64,000 nucleotides of DNA from a virus, in IMG/VR virus record IMGVR_UViG_3300032272_000002, positions 1 through 64,000 of that record; one strand, given 5' to 3'. Under the pieces are notes generated by a model that was given only the letters and a program-made list of their open reading frames with translations, was not told the DNA's origin and made no database searches. The position numbers and the translations under genes are program-made. Numbering within the stretch: position 1 is the stretch's first letter; each line of letters starts with the position of its first letter. Shown piece after piece: positions 40,253-49,975 of the stretch.

Positions 40253-41187
40253 CAAATAGCAGAGCTATCAAATAAGGACAAATTATATTTATGCTAAATC
40301 AGAGCGGATACACGACGCTGACGTTTCCAGTGTCGATTGATACGAACCTCTGGTCGCGTGGGCGTCCGTTCGGCTGGACAGCGAGGCAACTATTAAAGAA
40401 ACACTATAATTTATGTATAGGCGGCGGGTCGAGTGGAGTCTTTGACTAGAAATATTCTAGGAGACGTAGAAGCGTTGAAGCCCGCCGCCGCCTTTTTCCA
40501 ATGAATTGTCCGAAATGTAACGCTCCTGGCCTTCGCAAGAAGGTATATGTTGTAGCAGACACACTAGCGGAGAACTTCAATCTCAGTAAGTCAGGTATCC
40601 GAAAAAAAGAAGTAGAAATACAGGCTGTCCAATGGGGACATGCAGTAGAGTATTGCCCCACCTGTCTCTGGCGGGCACCACAACGAATCTTGTTTCCATG
40701 AATAAAGAACTACTAGAAGAATTCGCCCGTATTTACAACTGTAAGACGGCGTGCGTCGAGAAAGATGGTTTTACGGTTTGTATGATCGAAGATAAAACGA
40801 TTACTGTTGGCGACGGAGTTGGTTCTTTTAATGCTTTTGATACGAAGACACCTACGGCCTGGACAGAGGCAGAGATCAATCGGGTGGCAGATCAAGCAAT
40901 CGCAGAGTACAAAAGTTTTATGCCATGAGTAAAGAAGAATTCATCCGGCTTTATGTCACGCAGTTCTTGGCCAGCTACGCAGCAGTCCATCATGCTGACG
41001 CCTGTGCTACTGGTAATCATGATTCTCTTTATCCAGTAGAAGATGCAGAGTATCAAGCGAATGTAGCTTGGGATAAGCTGCAAGAAATGGAAATAAAAAT
41101 ATAAGAAACGTGTGCGACAAATTGTGGGGCGGCAAACACTGACAACCTACCCTCACGTTCGCGGGGTTCCTTCGGGTGGACAGCGGA

Positions 41188-41258
41188 GTTGAATGATAGT
41201 TTAATTGGTAGAATACCCGCCTATCGGGTGGTGTCGGTTCGAGTCCTGACTCGTCAAT
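41188..41258 (+). pseudogene. degenerate tRNA-like element with a shortened anticodon arm
   Basis: TAGTTTAATTGGTAGAA D-arm pattern and GGTTCGAGTCC T arm; CCCG-CCTAT-CGGG. Confidence 0.45.
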
Positions 41259-41281
41259 TAAAACGCAGCGTTTCTTTTTGT

Positions 41282-41369
41282 TCATGGGTGGCCGAGTGGT
41301 CGAAGGCGAGAGGCTGTTAACCTCTTGGAGAAATTCCCATCGTAGGTTCGAATCCTACCCCATGAGCCA
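41282..41369 (+). tRNA. tRNA-Asn(GTT) with long variable arm
   Basis: AGAGG-CTGTTAA-CCTCT; CCA. Confidence 0.88.
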
Positions 41370-41692
41370 TCTAACTTATTGCTTACAAAGCGGTACTTGA
41401 CATCGTGCGAAGGGCACGATAACATATAGCATGGACAGAGTATTTCGAATCACGCGACTGGACACGTATTCTGCTGGTGGAGAAACTTTTTCGAAAAGGA
41501 AGCTCTACGACAACGAAAAATCTTTCCGCTCTATGTGGAGTAGATTTATCACAGAAGATAAGAAATTCAATAACACCAACATGCGGCCATATGGGTCTCA
41601 TCAGATTCAAAATACAAAGCACGACTTTGAAATGATTGCAGAAGAATTCATCAATCAATCATGGACCGAAATCGATAAATACGTCTCTTAAA

Positions 41693-42025
41693 ATGTACGA
41701 CCAAACTATCCTCCACCTTGATCGCCTTCCTCTCGCTGACCTCGGCAAGTTCAGCATGATTCTCTCGCAAATGCTGACAAGCGATCAGCGTGCGGACCTG
41801 AACTGTACCCATCCCGACCTGATGGCGGCCATGGGAGCTTTCGAGTCGCAAATCCCGCAAGTTAAGGGCTTCCAAGTCACGCAAGAAACGTGGGGTCTCG
41901 CTGCTGCTGCCATGCAAGGCAACAAGAAAATTCAGGCCATCAAGGAAGTTCGTGCTGGCACGGGCATGGGTCTGAAAGAAGCGAAAGAATACGTGGACAT
42001 CCACATGCAGTATTTGCAGCCATGA
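41693..42025 (+). CDS. protein with a ribosomal L7/L12 C-terminal-like domain
   Basis: KIQAIKEVRAGTGMGLKEAKEYVD. Confidence 0.75.
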   Translation: MYDQTILHLDRLPLADLGKFSMILSQMLTSDQRADLNCTHPDLMAAMGAFESQIPQVKGFQVTQETWGLAAAAMQGNKKIQAIKEVRAGTGMGLKEAKEYVDIHMQYLQP

Positions 42026-42267
42026 ATGAACTCGTAGCAAAAATGCTAGAAGATTATTCAGAACGGCTAAGTAACAATGGCTGTAATGATCTTATTCTAG
42101 AAAATACAGAAGAAAATAGGGCACTGGTCCAGGCCGCAATTGATTGGAATGGAGACGACCAGTGTAAAATTGAGCCATATTTACAGGGCGACAAGATCTA
42201 CTTCTTCGATTATTGGATGGCCGGATATCTCGCCTCCACGTTTCGCGAAGCGAAATAAAGAACACAT

Positions 42268-42346
42268 GCGTCCGTAGCTAAACTGGACTAAGGCACCTGA
42301 CTACGAATCAGGAGATTTGAAGGTTCGAATCCTTCCGGGCGTACCA
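42268..42346 (+). tRNA. tRNA-Arg(ACG)
   Basis: CCTGA-CTACGAA-TCAGG; CCA. Confidence 0.92.
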
Positions 42347-42352
42347 TATAAC

Positions 42353-42428
42353 TGCGGGATCGTTTAGTGGCCTAAGACCCGGCACTCTGACTGCCGTAAC
42401 CTGAGTTCGAATCTCAGTCCCGCTACCA
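42353..42428 (+). tRNA. tRNA-Gln(CTG)
   Basis: CGGCA-CTCTGAC-TGCCG; CCA. Confidence 0.9.
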
Positions 42429-42450
42429 GCCTACTTCGTAGGCTGAGGCT

Positions 42451-43332
42451 TTAGCCTCGCCTGCGATAGTGGACAGAGACCTGGATGTTGTTAGTGGTGT
42501 TAGCACTACTCCAAAAGAGTGCAAGAATACCATCGGTATCAAAATCAACATCTAAATCAACGCCACCAGCAGCAGCATCGGCATTGATACTAGCAATAGA
42601 CACACCGTCTCGATGGATTTCAATATTGCCAACAGTGGCAGCACCTTTAGTCCAAGACAAACAAGAGATGTTAGCATCAAATGGCATATAAATACCACGC
42701 GATGCAGACATGATCTGTCCGTTGTAACGACGCAAGTAGGTATCGCCAGTTTGGTTACCAGTGCGGCCAGCACCATCGGCCCGCAAGAGACCCAGCCACT
42801 TACTACCAGTGAAATTGAACGGCTCATTTAGGTCAGTACGATAGAAAGGATGGCCGGATCCCATTCCCATAGTTGGGAACGTGGATCCCGCAAAATTTCC
42901 AGACGCAGAAGCTCCGACAAGACCGAAAGACAATGATGCCTGGCCTTGCTTTACGCGAGTCATAAGCTGACCACTTTGCGTAATATCGTCTAAATTAACT
43001 CTGACAAAAGCTCGATCACCGGAACTGAGAGGAGTTTGTCCGGTATGAGAAAGTGCCTCTTCGGAGCCAGTATCAAGATCGACAAAAGAACGACTTTCAC
43101 GAATAAGATCCGTGGTCTTGTCTAGTCTTCGTACAGCTAAAACACTGGTAACGCGAGAAGGGCCAATCTCGCCGCTAGGCTTTAACAGATTAATATGATA
43201 CGCATAGTCGTATACGCCATCTTGCAATGCGGTTAGGCTACCAGGAATGATCTCAGTGTCGAAATCAATGACTGTGATCTCACCGGATGCGGCAGATAAA
43301 GTTTGTTGTTCAGAGTTTGTCCAATGTCCCAT
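42451..43332 (-). CDS. beta-rich, possibly virion-associated protein
   Basis: Lone minus-strand gene with GGAGG Shine-Dalgarno; Gly/Ser/Thr-rich beta pattern. Confidence 0.5.
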   Translation of the reverse strand: MGHWTNSEQQTLSAASGEITVIDFDTEIIPGSLTALQDGVYDYAYHINLLKPSGEIGPSRVTSVLAVRRLDKTTDLIRESRSFVDLDTGSEEALSHTGQTPLSSGDRAFVRVNLDDITQSGQLMTRVKQGQASLSFGLVGASASGNFAGSTFPTMGMGSGHPFYRTDLNEPFNFTGSKWLGLLRADGAGRTGNQTGDTYLRRYNGQIMSASRGIYMPFDANISCLSWTKGAATVGNIEIHRDGVSIASINADAAAGGVDLDVDFDTDGILALFWSSANTTNNIQVSVHYRRRG

Positions 43333-43394
43333 ATAAAAATCCTCCCAGATTGCCCTTGACGGGGGTACAAAAGAAGAGTACACTATAGCAGACT

Positions 43395-44546
43395 ATGAAC
43401 GGCATCAAACTACCTACTTTGTATCACCGAGCCTCAAAGGGTGATTTACGCCAGTGGCGAGTCTGGTCGGACGGCAAGTACGTCTGCACCGAGCACGGCA
43501 CAGTTGATGGCAAACTCCAGCAATCTCAGTACGCAGCCGAGGGCAAGAACCTTGGGCGTGCGAATGCCACGACACCCGCAGAACAGGCAATCTTGGAAGC
43601 AAAATCCAAGTGGACCTTCAAAATTGAGAGGAAATACTCCGAGACTCCCGAAGGAGCAATGGAAATCTCCACGAAACCGATGTTGGCTCATAAGTTCAAC
43701 GAGACCGATGGTTCGCTGTCTTCAAAAGGAAAGAAAGTACAATATCCCGTTTATATGCAGGCGAAACTCGATGGGGTACGCTGTATCGCTCGTCGGAATG
43801 ATGCTGGCGAAATTGAGTTGACCTCTCGCAGCGGCAAGCCTTACTACGTGCCGCACATCGAGGCCGACCTCGCAGAATGGCTGCCTGACGACATGGTTCT
43901 TGATGGCGAAATTTACGTCCACGGGGAATCATGTCAGACAATTACGTCGTGGGTCAAGTCGGCTGATCCCGAAAGAGCCAAGCGATACAAGGTGGAAAGC
44001 CTCGCATTGACATATCACGTATACGATGTGCCGATCTTCGCTGGCGAGAGTGATGAGCCGTGGTCAAGTCGCGAGCATGTCCTTGAGGACTTGGTACAAT
44101 ATGAATCGCCCAACATGACGATTGTGACTGGCAAAACCGTTCAGTCAGCGGAAGAGGTTTGGGAAGCTCATACTCTCTATCTGGAGCTTGGATTCGAGGG
44201 TGCCATTGTTCGTACACCAACTGGCATTTACAAGTGGGGATATCGTTCTGCTGATCTCTTGAAAGTAAAGCATTTCGAAGACCAGGAGTTTGAAGTGATC
44301 GGCTGCAAGGACGGCAAAGGTAAAGATGAGGGTTGTGCGACCTTTATCTGCCGAAATGATTTGACAGACGGCACCTTGGATGCTAGAATGAAGGGAGAAC
44401 TCGCTGAGCGGCAGCGATTCTATCAAGAACGAGAACAATACGTCGGACGCAAGCTCACGGTGCGGTTCCAGGGTCGAACGGACGCTGAGATCCCGCGATT
44501 CCCCGTGGGCCTAGTATTCCGAAGTGAAGAAGATATGCCTCTATAG
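43395..44546 (+). CDS. ATP-dependent DNA ligase
   Basis: KPMLA, KLDGVR, LDGEIY, EGAIVR, LLKVK, PRFP. Confidence 0.93.
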   Translation: MNGIKLPTLYHRASKGDLRQWRVWSDGKYVCTEHGTVDGKLQQSQYAAEGKNLGRANATTPAEQAILEAKSKWTFKIERKYSETPEGAMEISTKPMLAHKFNETDGSLSSKGKKVQYPVYMQAKLDGVRCIARRNDAGEIELTSRSGKPYYVPHIEADLAEWLPDDMVLDGEIYVHGESCQTITSWVKSADPERAKRYKVESLALTYHVYDVPIFAGESDEPWSSREHVLEDLVQYESPNMTIVTGKTVQSAEEVWEAHTLYLELGFEGAIVRTPTGIYKWGYRSADLLKVKHFEDQEFEVIGCKDGKGKDEGCATFICRNDLTDGTLDARMKGELAERQRFYQEREQYVGRKLTVRFQGRTDAEIPRFPVGLVFRSEEDMPL

Positions 44547-44612
44547 TATAATGGTTATTATGCCGGTTTTGTAATCCGGGGATGCCAGTTCGATTCTAGG
44601 CTAGAGGCTCCA
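44537..44612 (+). tRNA. tRNA-Thr(TGT)
   Basis: GCCTCTA/TAGAGGC acceptor; loop TTTGTAA; overlaps the ligase 3' end. Confidence 0.8.
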
Positions 44613-44617
44613 AACAC

Positions 44618-44692
44618 GGTTCGCTGGTGTAGAGGTCTGCACATCGGTCTGAAAAGCCGAGGGTCAAGGTTCGATACCTTGGTGAACCACCA
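44618..44692 (+). tRNA. tRNA-Phe(GAA)
   Basis: TCGGT-CTGAAAA-GCCGA; CCA. Confidence 0.9.
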
Positions 44693-44694
44693 AA

Positions 44695-44769
44695 GGGGGC
44701 GTAGTGATAACGGTAGCACTCCTGCTTTGCAAGTAGGGAGTCGGGGTTCGATTCCCCGCGTCTCCACCA
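44695..44769 (+). tRNA. tRNA-Ala(TGC)
   Basis: CCTGC-TTTGCAA-GTAGG; G3:U70; CCA. Confidence 0.92.
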
Positions 44770-44774
44770 ATTCA

Positions 44775-45002
44775 ATGAATGATACAGTAGAAATTTGGCC
44801 AGTCAAGAGTCCTATAGACGAGTCACGGAACGGACCAAACGCTAAGCAATATTATGCTGTATATTTAACGGGCTCAAACAAGTGGCTCCATCCTCATCCC
44901 AACGAATTCCTCGAAGGGAATATGTATCTTTTCAATTCTGAGAATGAGGCAGAAGAAGCAATTGCAGCCTACTTCGGTAACGGATTATGGGGTGCATTAT
45001 AG
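44775..45002 (+). CDS. hypothetical protein with NGLWGAL tag variant
   Basis: Ends GNGLWGAL*. Confidence 0.65.
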   Translation: MNDTVEIWPVKSPIDESRNGPNAKQYYAVYLTGSNKWLHPHPNEFLEGNMYLFNSENEAEEAIAAYFGNGLWGAL

Positions 45003-45074
45003 GTCAGTGATGTAACGGTAGCATAATAGTCTCCAAAACTATTTGTCTGGGTTCAAATCCTAGCTGGCCTGCCA
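45001..45074 (+). tRNA. tRNA-Trp(CCA)
   Basis: ATAGT-CTCCAAA-ACTAT; CCA. Confidence 0.9.
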
Positions 45075-45076
45075 AC

Positions 45077-45150
45077 AGCCCCGTGGTTTAGTGGTAGAAT
45101 GCCTGGCTTTGACCCAGGTGGCGAACGTTCGATTCGTTCCGGGGCTACCA
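45077..45150 (+). tRNA. tRNA-Gln(TTG)
   Basis: CCTGG-CTTTGAC-CCAGG; CCA. Confidence 0.88.
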
Positions 45151-45220
45151 TACATAAACTTTACTTGACGCACGCTGTCCATCGGGTATGATGTATTGAC
45201 TCCGGAAAGGACTCTAGACT

Positions 45221-47149
45221 ATGAAACTGAACAAGAAAACTGGCAACGTGGCGAAATCGGGCGATCTGGGCGAGCAGACTTTTAGTGTGGCTGCAACCGC
45301 TCATGCGTTCGAAATCCTTTCGTCTCGTCTCTACACCGATACCAAGCTCGCCATCGTGCGTGAGCTTTCAACCAACGCTGCCGATGCCCACGTCGATGCT
45401 GGCTGCCCCGACAAGCCTTTTGACGTGCATCTACCCTCGTATAGCCAATCTTATTTTGAGATTCGTGACTACGGCACCGGGCTGTCACACGACGATGCAA
45501 TGACGGTCTACACGACCTTCTTCGATTCCACCAGGAATGACTCGGACGACTTCACAGGTGCCCTCGGTCTCGGCTCCAAGTCGCCATTCGCGTACACTGA
45601 CGCATTCCTGGTGACCTCCTACTTCAATGGAACGGTGCGGGCCTATTCGGCATTCCGCAATGAGGCTGGCCTGCCCAGCTTCGCCCTCATGAGTGAGGCG
45701 ACTACGAACGAGCCGAACGGTCTCAAAATTCGTATCGATATTCAAACTGAGGATCGCTACGACTTCCAAGATGCTGCCAACAAGGTTTATCCTTGGTTCA
45801 ATACGGTTCCCAACTTTGTTGGCGGTGAAACGCTGTCAATTCAAGATAGGAATACTATCCTGAGCGGGAAAGGCTGGGACATCTGCAAGGGTAGTTATAG
45901 CAATGCTATTCGCGTCGTCATGGGTAACGTGTCGTATACTTGTTCTGCTGATAAGTTTACTCATACCCTGGGGAGTTACGGTGCTCTGACGCTGTTCGTG
46001 CCTATTGGTGAGTGCGGCATTGCGGCCAACCGTGAAGAACTGCACTACGACAATAAGACTCTGCAAAACATCCAGCTTCGTATCGACGACGCGATGAAAG
46101 ACGCTCAGGATCTCATGGAGGCAGAGCTTGAAAGCTCGCCAACGCTCCTCCAGCGAATTCGTGATGGTCGAAGGTTTAAAGAGATCATGAATATTCGTGG
46201 TCTTGGTGATTCAATCGAGGGGAATCAGAAAGACGCTTACAGCATCAGTAACCTGCGGGTCACGGGCTCTAAGCTCTTCATTCGACGCGATACCTATAGT
46301 GCCAGGGTTTATCCTCAGCACGATACAGTTTATACATTCATTGAGAATGATGTGGCTGATATCAAGCAGAAGCACAGGAACGCTCTCCGCTATTGGATTG
46401 ATAACCAGCCGAAGTCCAACTTTTACCTGGCAGATATTACGAGCCCCACGGTTTTCGCTGATACTTTTGGTGCTATCACCATCAAGCTGTCGGAGATTCC
46501 TGCTCCTCCTCGTAAGCAATCCACAGGAACGGCTGGCGGCCCGCGATGCTCTATCAAGCGTCTCACGTCGTCCTATCGGAAGATGGACGCCTGGCTGAAT
46601 ACTGAGACTGACGACGTGGATCCTGCAATGTCGATTGCGGTTCGTCGCAAGAGCTATAACGTGATCTTTAATGATGTCGAAATGGAGCCGAGTATTGCCT
46701 TGGAAATTGCCAAGAGCCTTGGTTTCAAAACTGTTTACGGTCTGCCGTCGTCTCGCTACGACAAGCCTCGCAATGAGCTTGGTCTCAAAGATCTGGAAAC
46801 AGAAGCAAAAAAGGCGATGCTCAAGCTCAAACTGAAAGGCACCGTCGCCCAGCACGCCTCGCTCCAGTATAACGCTGGTAACTACTCCTACGAGTTTGAC
46901 AAAGAATACTTGGATACCCTCGAAGGGCACGGCGAAGTCTGCGACAACGTTGTAGAGTTTCTCCGGAGTAAAGTGCCTGCTGCCTGGACTCGTCTACTTA
47001 GTATGTGGGAAATTGAAATCCCCAAGGTAGATGATCCCATCGTAGCTTTTTGGGAGAAGTATCCTCTCCTCAGGGGCGTGGAAAGCAACGGCAGCATTCC
47101 TAGTAACGAAATTCAAGAGTATATCAAGTGGAAGAACCTAAATTCCTAA
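45221..47149 (+). CDS. rIIA: rIIA-like protein (N-terminal GHKL ATPase)
   Basis: ILSSRLY, VRELSTNAADAH, IRDYGTGL, GALGLGSKSPFAYTD, REELHY. Confidence 0.85.
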   Translation: MKLNKKTGNVAKSGDLGEQTFSVAATAHAFEILSSRLYTDTKLAIVRELSTNAADAHVDAGCPDKPFDVHLPSYSQSYFEIRDYGTGLSHDDAMTVYTTFFDSTRNDSDDFTGALGLGSKSPFAYTDAFLVTSYFNGTVRAYSAFRNEAGLPSFALMSEATTNEPNGLKIRIDIQTEDRYDFQDAANKVYPWFNTVPNFVGGETLSIQDRNTILSGKGWDICKGSYSNAIRVVMGNVSYTCSADKFTHTLGSYGALTLFVPIGECGIAANREELHYDNKTLQNIQLRIDDAMKDAQDLMEAELESSPTLLQRIRDGRRFKEIMNIRGLGDSIEGNQKDAYSISNLRVTGSKLFIRRDTYSARVYPQHDTVYTFIENDVADIKQKHRNALRYWIDNQPKSNFYLADITSPTVFADTFGAITIKLSEIPAPPRKQSTGTAGGPRCSIKRLTSSYRKMDAWLNTETDDVDPAMSIAVRRKSYNVIFNDVEMEPSIALEIAKSLGFKTVYGLPSSRYDKPRNELGLKDLETEAKKAMLKLKLKGTVAQHASLQYNAGNYSYEFDKEYLDTLEGHGEVCDNVVEFLRSKVPAAWTRLLSMWEIEIPKVDDPIVAFWEKYPLLRGVESNGSIPSNEIQEYIKWKNLNS

Positions 47150-47355
47150 TTAGTGATCTCGGCATCGTGATCTTCTCGGTGGCTGGGGAGACCTTCCAGG
47201 TCGGCCCTGGCCACCAGTATCATCAGACAATTCTGGAAGCCGTCAAGAACGACAAGTGGGCAGAGATCCTGCCGCTCGTCCCCGAGCTTCCTAAGAAAAT
47301 GAAGGTACATATCGGCATCTATCTAGACACCTTCGACCTTGGTGGAGCCCTGTGA
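47128..47355 (+). CDS. rIIB N-terminal-like mini-protein with FDLGGAL tag
   Basis: Follows rIIA; HQYHQTILEAVKNDKW; ends DTFDLGGAL*. Confidence 0.6.
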   Translation: MEEPKFLISDLGIVIFSVAGETFQVGPGHQYHQTILEAVKNDKWAEILPLVPELPKKMKVHIGIYLDTFDLGGAL

Positions 47356-47609
47356 TTAATCGCGTATTAGTCTCCAGCGAGGGTGATGCCGTGACGTTGG
47401 CCCGAGCCCTTGCTATGGGGGTTCGGCCTGACTACGTTTTCGAGCGTAATGACAATTGGACTCTGGCCGCCCCCTTCCACCTAGCCAAAGAGGCGGAAGC
47501 CCTGTGGGCTGGACAGTGGGTCAAGATTCGTGAGATAACCGAGGAAGACCTCGAAGGTATCGAGCCAGAGAAGCCCCGCGAACAGTTCAGACTGCGAGGA
47601 GCACTATGA
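47352..47609 (+). CDS. hypothetical protein with FRLRGAL tag
   Basis: Ends EQFRLRGAL*. Confidence 0.7.
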   Translation: MINRVLVSSEGDAVTLARALAMGVRPDYVFERNDNWTLAAPFHLAKEAEALWAGQWVKIREITEEDLEGIEPEKPREQFRLRGAL

Positions 47610-47809
47610 GTTGTAGATTCTGCAATCAGGACGCCACACATAAAATTCCTTTTGAAACACGGGAAGACACCGAGCGGGCAGCTAAATTTATCGCCTTAAG
47701 GCCACGCCCAACGGGCGTGGTCAACCTATGTCCTGCCTGCTACAAGACTTATGGTGATTACATTCGTCAATATTATTCGCCAAGGTTCGAACTTGGTGGT
47801 GCTCTGTAG
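47606..47809 (+). CDS. zinc-finger protein with FELGGAL tag
   Basis: CRFC...CPAC; ends PRFELGGAL*. Confidence 0.7.
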   Translation: MSCRFCNQDATHKIPFETREDTERAAKFIALRPRPTGVVNLCPACYKTYGDYIRQYYSPRFELGGAL

Positions 47810-47842
47810 TGTATTTTCCTGAATGGAGGATTGCCCCCGTTC

Positions 47843-48553
47843 ATGGTATTAGAAATCACACAGGACAACACTGTTATTCGCGGCGAGACCATTAATGAAA
47901 GTATTAGAATTAAGGCCCATAACGTACGGATCGAACGTTGCAAAATTACTGCACCAGACGATCTGTATGTCATTCAGGCCAATTTTAAGGACAAGAAAGG
48001 TCGGCCATTCAAGGGAACTGAGATTCTCAGAAACGGTATCAGCGACGGTCGAACGGCCATGCTGGTACAGCACTCACTGGTTCGTGGCAACTACATCCAC
48101 GATATGGTGGGAGACGGTATCAAGTGTGATCTGGGCGGCAACGTCTGGATCCACAAGAATATCATTCACAAAATTGGTTCGGACCCAACGTCTCACGCAG
48201 ACGGCATCCAACTTTTTGGCGGCGAGCGATTCCTTATCTCTCACAACATTATTGAGATGCCAAAAGATGAGCCTGGGTTCACTCCCAATGCTTGTGTTTT
48301 TGCAGAGAGTAACTTCCAACCCCTTCATACGGTCTGGATCCAACATAATCAATTGAATGGTGGAAACTACACGGTTTACCTTAAAGATCAGTCATTCGGC
48401 ATCCCCGAAAACGCTCGACTTATTGGTAACGAGTTCGGAGACGGCTTCGCATTCGGACCCCTGTTCGCCACCAAGCCTAGCTCCATCCTTATTGGAGGTA
48501 ATCGCTGGGCTGCCTCTGGTAAGCCCATGGGCATCAACAACATTGACAGCTAA
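47843..48553 (+). CDS. right-handed parallel beta-helix (pectin-lyase-like) protein
   Basis: Repeated IxxNxI strands; HADGIQ. Confidence 0.75.
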   Translation: MVLEITQDNTVIRGETINESIRIKAHNVRIERCKITAPDDLYVIQANFKDKKGRPFKGTEILRNGISDGRTAMLVQHSLVRGNYIHDMVGDGIKCDLGGNVWIHKNIIHKIGSDPTSHADGIQLFGGERFLISHNIIEMPKDEPGFTPNACVFAESNFQPLHTVWIQHNQLNGGNYTVYLKDQSFGIPENARLIGNEFGDGFAFGPLFATKPSSILIGGNRWAASGKPMGINNIDS

Positions 48554-48555
48554 GT

Positions 48556-48870
48556 ATGACTTGGAATCATAGAATAGTAAGGCGGGTGTGGTACCGAGGT
48601 GAGGACCGAGAGGAAATCACCTACGGTATCCACGAAGCCTATTACGACGACAACAATCTAGTCCACTCCATTACCGAGAAGCCTGTCGAGGTAATGGGTG
48701 AGGATATGAATGCTATTAAACAAACCCTAGAGTGGATGACAAAAGCACTAGAAAATCCAATTCTAGACTACAATAATATTCCAGAGCCGGGAGCTAAAGA
48801 TTTTACAATTGAAATCGATGAGGCCCTGGCCGCCGCCGACGAGGAGCCCAAGGCCGACGAGACACTATAA
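48556..48870 (+). CDS. conserved-type phage hypothetical protein
   Basis: MTWNHRIV...YGIHEAYYD. Confidence 0.65.
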   Translation: MTWNHRIVRRVWYRGEDREEITYGIHEAYYDDNNLVHSITEKPVEVMGEDMNAIKQTLEWMTKALENPILDYNNIPEPGAKDFTIEIDEALAAADEEPKADETL

Positions 48871-48916
48871 GTGATATACAGTCGCTTCTAGCATTTTTTG
48901 AAAACGAACATTTTGA

Positions 48917-48990
48917 GGCCAGATGGCCGAGTGGTTAGGCGGTTGGCTGCAACCCTTCTCAGGTGAGTTCGATTCTCACTCTGGCCTCCA
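48917..48990 (+). tRNA. tRNA-Cys(GCA)
   Basis: GGCCAGA/TCTGGCC acceptor; loop CTGCAAC; U73-CCA; weak anticodon stem. Confidence 0.85.
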
Positions 48991-49006
48991 AAAACACCCC
49001 CGTACT

Positions 49007-49372
49007 ATGAAAAACATCATCATCGCACTATTCCTTCTCGTATTCTTAGCTTCTGCCTCTCAACAGCAGATTAGTTCGCCAGGTACACACCCTCGCAACT
49101 ACGTAGAGATCACAGACGCCAAGCCGTACACTGTTCCTGTTGGTAAAATTCTAGTGATTACTGCCCTCGGACGTTCGGTAGGTTCGCCAAGCGTGGGAGT
49201 TGCCTCTTTCACTATTAATGGAGTACAAAAAGGAGATATGTATATGTCTCTGAATTTGCCGCATAACCCGTCCGTTCAACCTTGGACGCCGGGACTCGCC
49301 GCTGGTGCGGGCGACATTGTAGAGACACCGACCACGAATGGCGTGGTTTACGGATATCTTTCCAACGAATAG
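49007..49372 (+). CDS. exported protein
   Basis: MKNIIIALFLLVFLASA signal peptide. Confidence 0.6.
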   Translation: MKNIIIALFLLVFLASASQQQISSPGTHPRNYVEITDAKPYTVPVGKILVITALGRSVGSPSVGVASFTINGVQKGDMYMSLNLPHNPSVQPWTPGLAAGAGDIVETPTTNGVVYGYLSNE

Positions 49373-49411
49373 TTGACAAGCACGCTGTCGCGTGCTAGTA
49401 TGTATGAACAA

Positions 49412-49488
49412 GGTGCGTTGATCTAGCCTGGTTAAGATACCAGCCTGTCACGCTGGCTACACGGGTTCAAATCCCGTACGCACCGCCA
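49412..49488 (+). tRNA. tRNA-Asp(GTC)
   Basis: CCAGC-CTGTCAC-GCTGG; CCA. Confidence 0.92.
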
Positions 49489-49489
49489 C

Positions 49490-49564
49490 GGGTCTTTGGT
49501 GTAACGGTAACATAGCAGATTCTTAATCTGTCAGATAAAAGTTCAACTCTTTTAGGACCCACCA
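49490..49564 (+). tRNA. tRNA-Lys(CTT)
   Basis: GCAGA-TTCTTAA-TCTGT; CCA. Confidence 0.88.
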
Positions 49565-49975
49565 ACCAAAACAATATGAGACTCAAACACCTAAAACGAT
49601 GGTGGCGACTCCGCGACAAACCAGAAACTCGGCATTGGGTTTTGGACGACAAGTATTATGTAGTCCATGAGGGCGGCGTATTCGAGTGCGACAGTCTGGA
49701 AACAGTAATTGTAGAATTCGCCGGTAAGGGAGAAATTGCTGTGATTAAGGGTGACATGCTCGATATGTCGGGCTATGATCTTTCGGAGCCGATATGATTA
49801 TCAAATACATTATCAAGGACAACAAGGGTGTCCCATATCTCTCTACTATTTCTAGAGACCGTGCAGAGGAGTGGCTAGAGTTAGCCAACGAGGGTGGCTG
49901 CCGTGGCTTAGGCTGGGCGGCAGGCGACTTCAAAATCGTAGTCAATCAACATTCTCCCAAGGGTAAAGACGAGAC

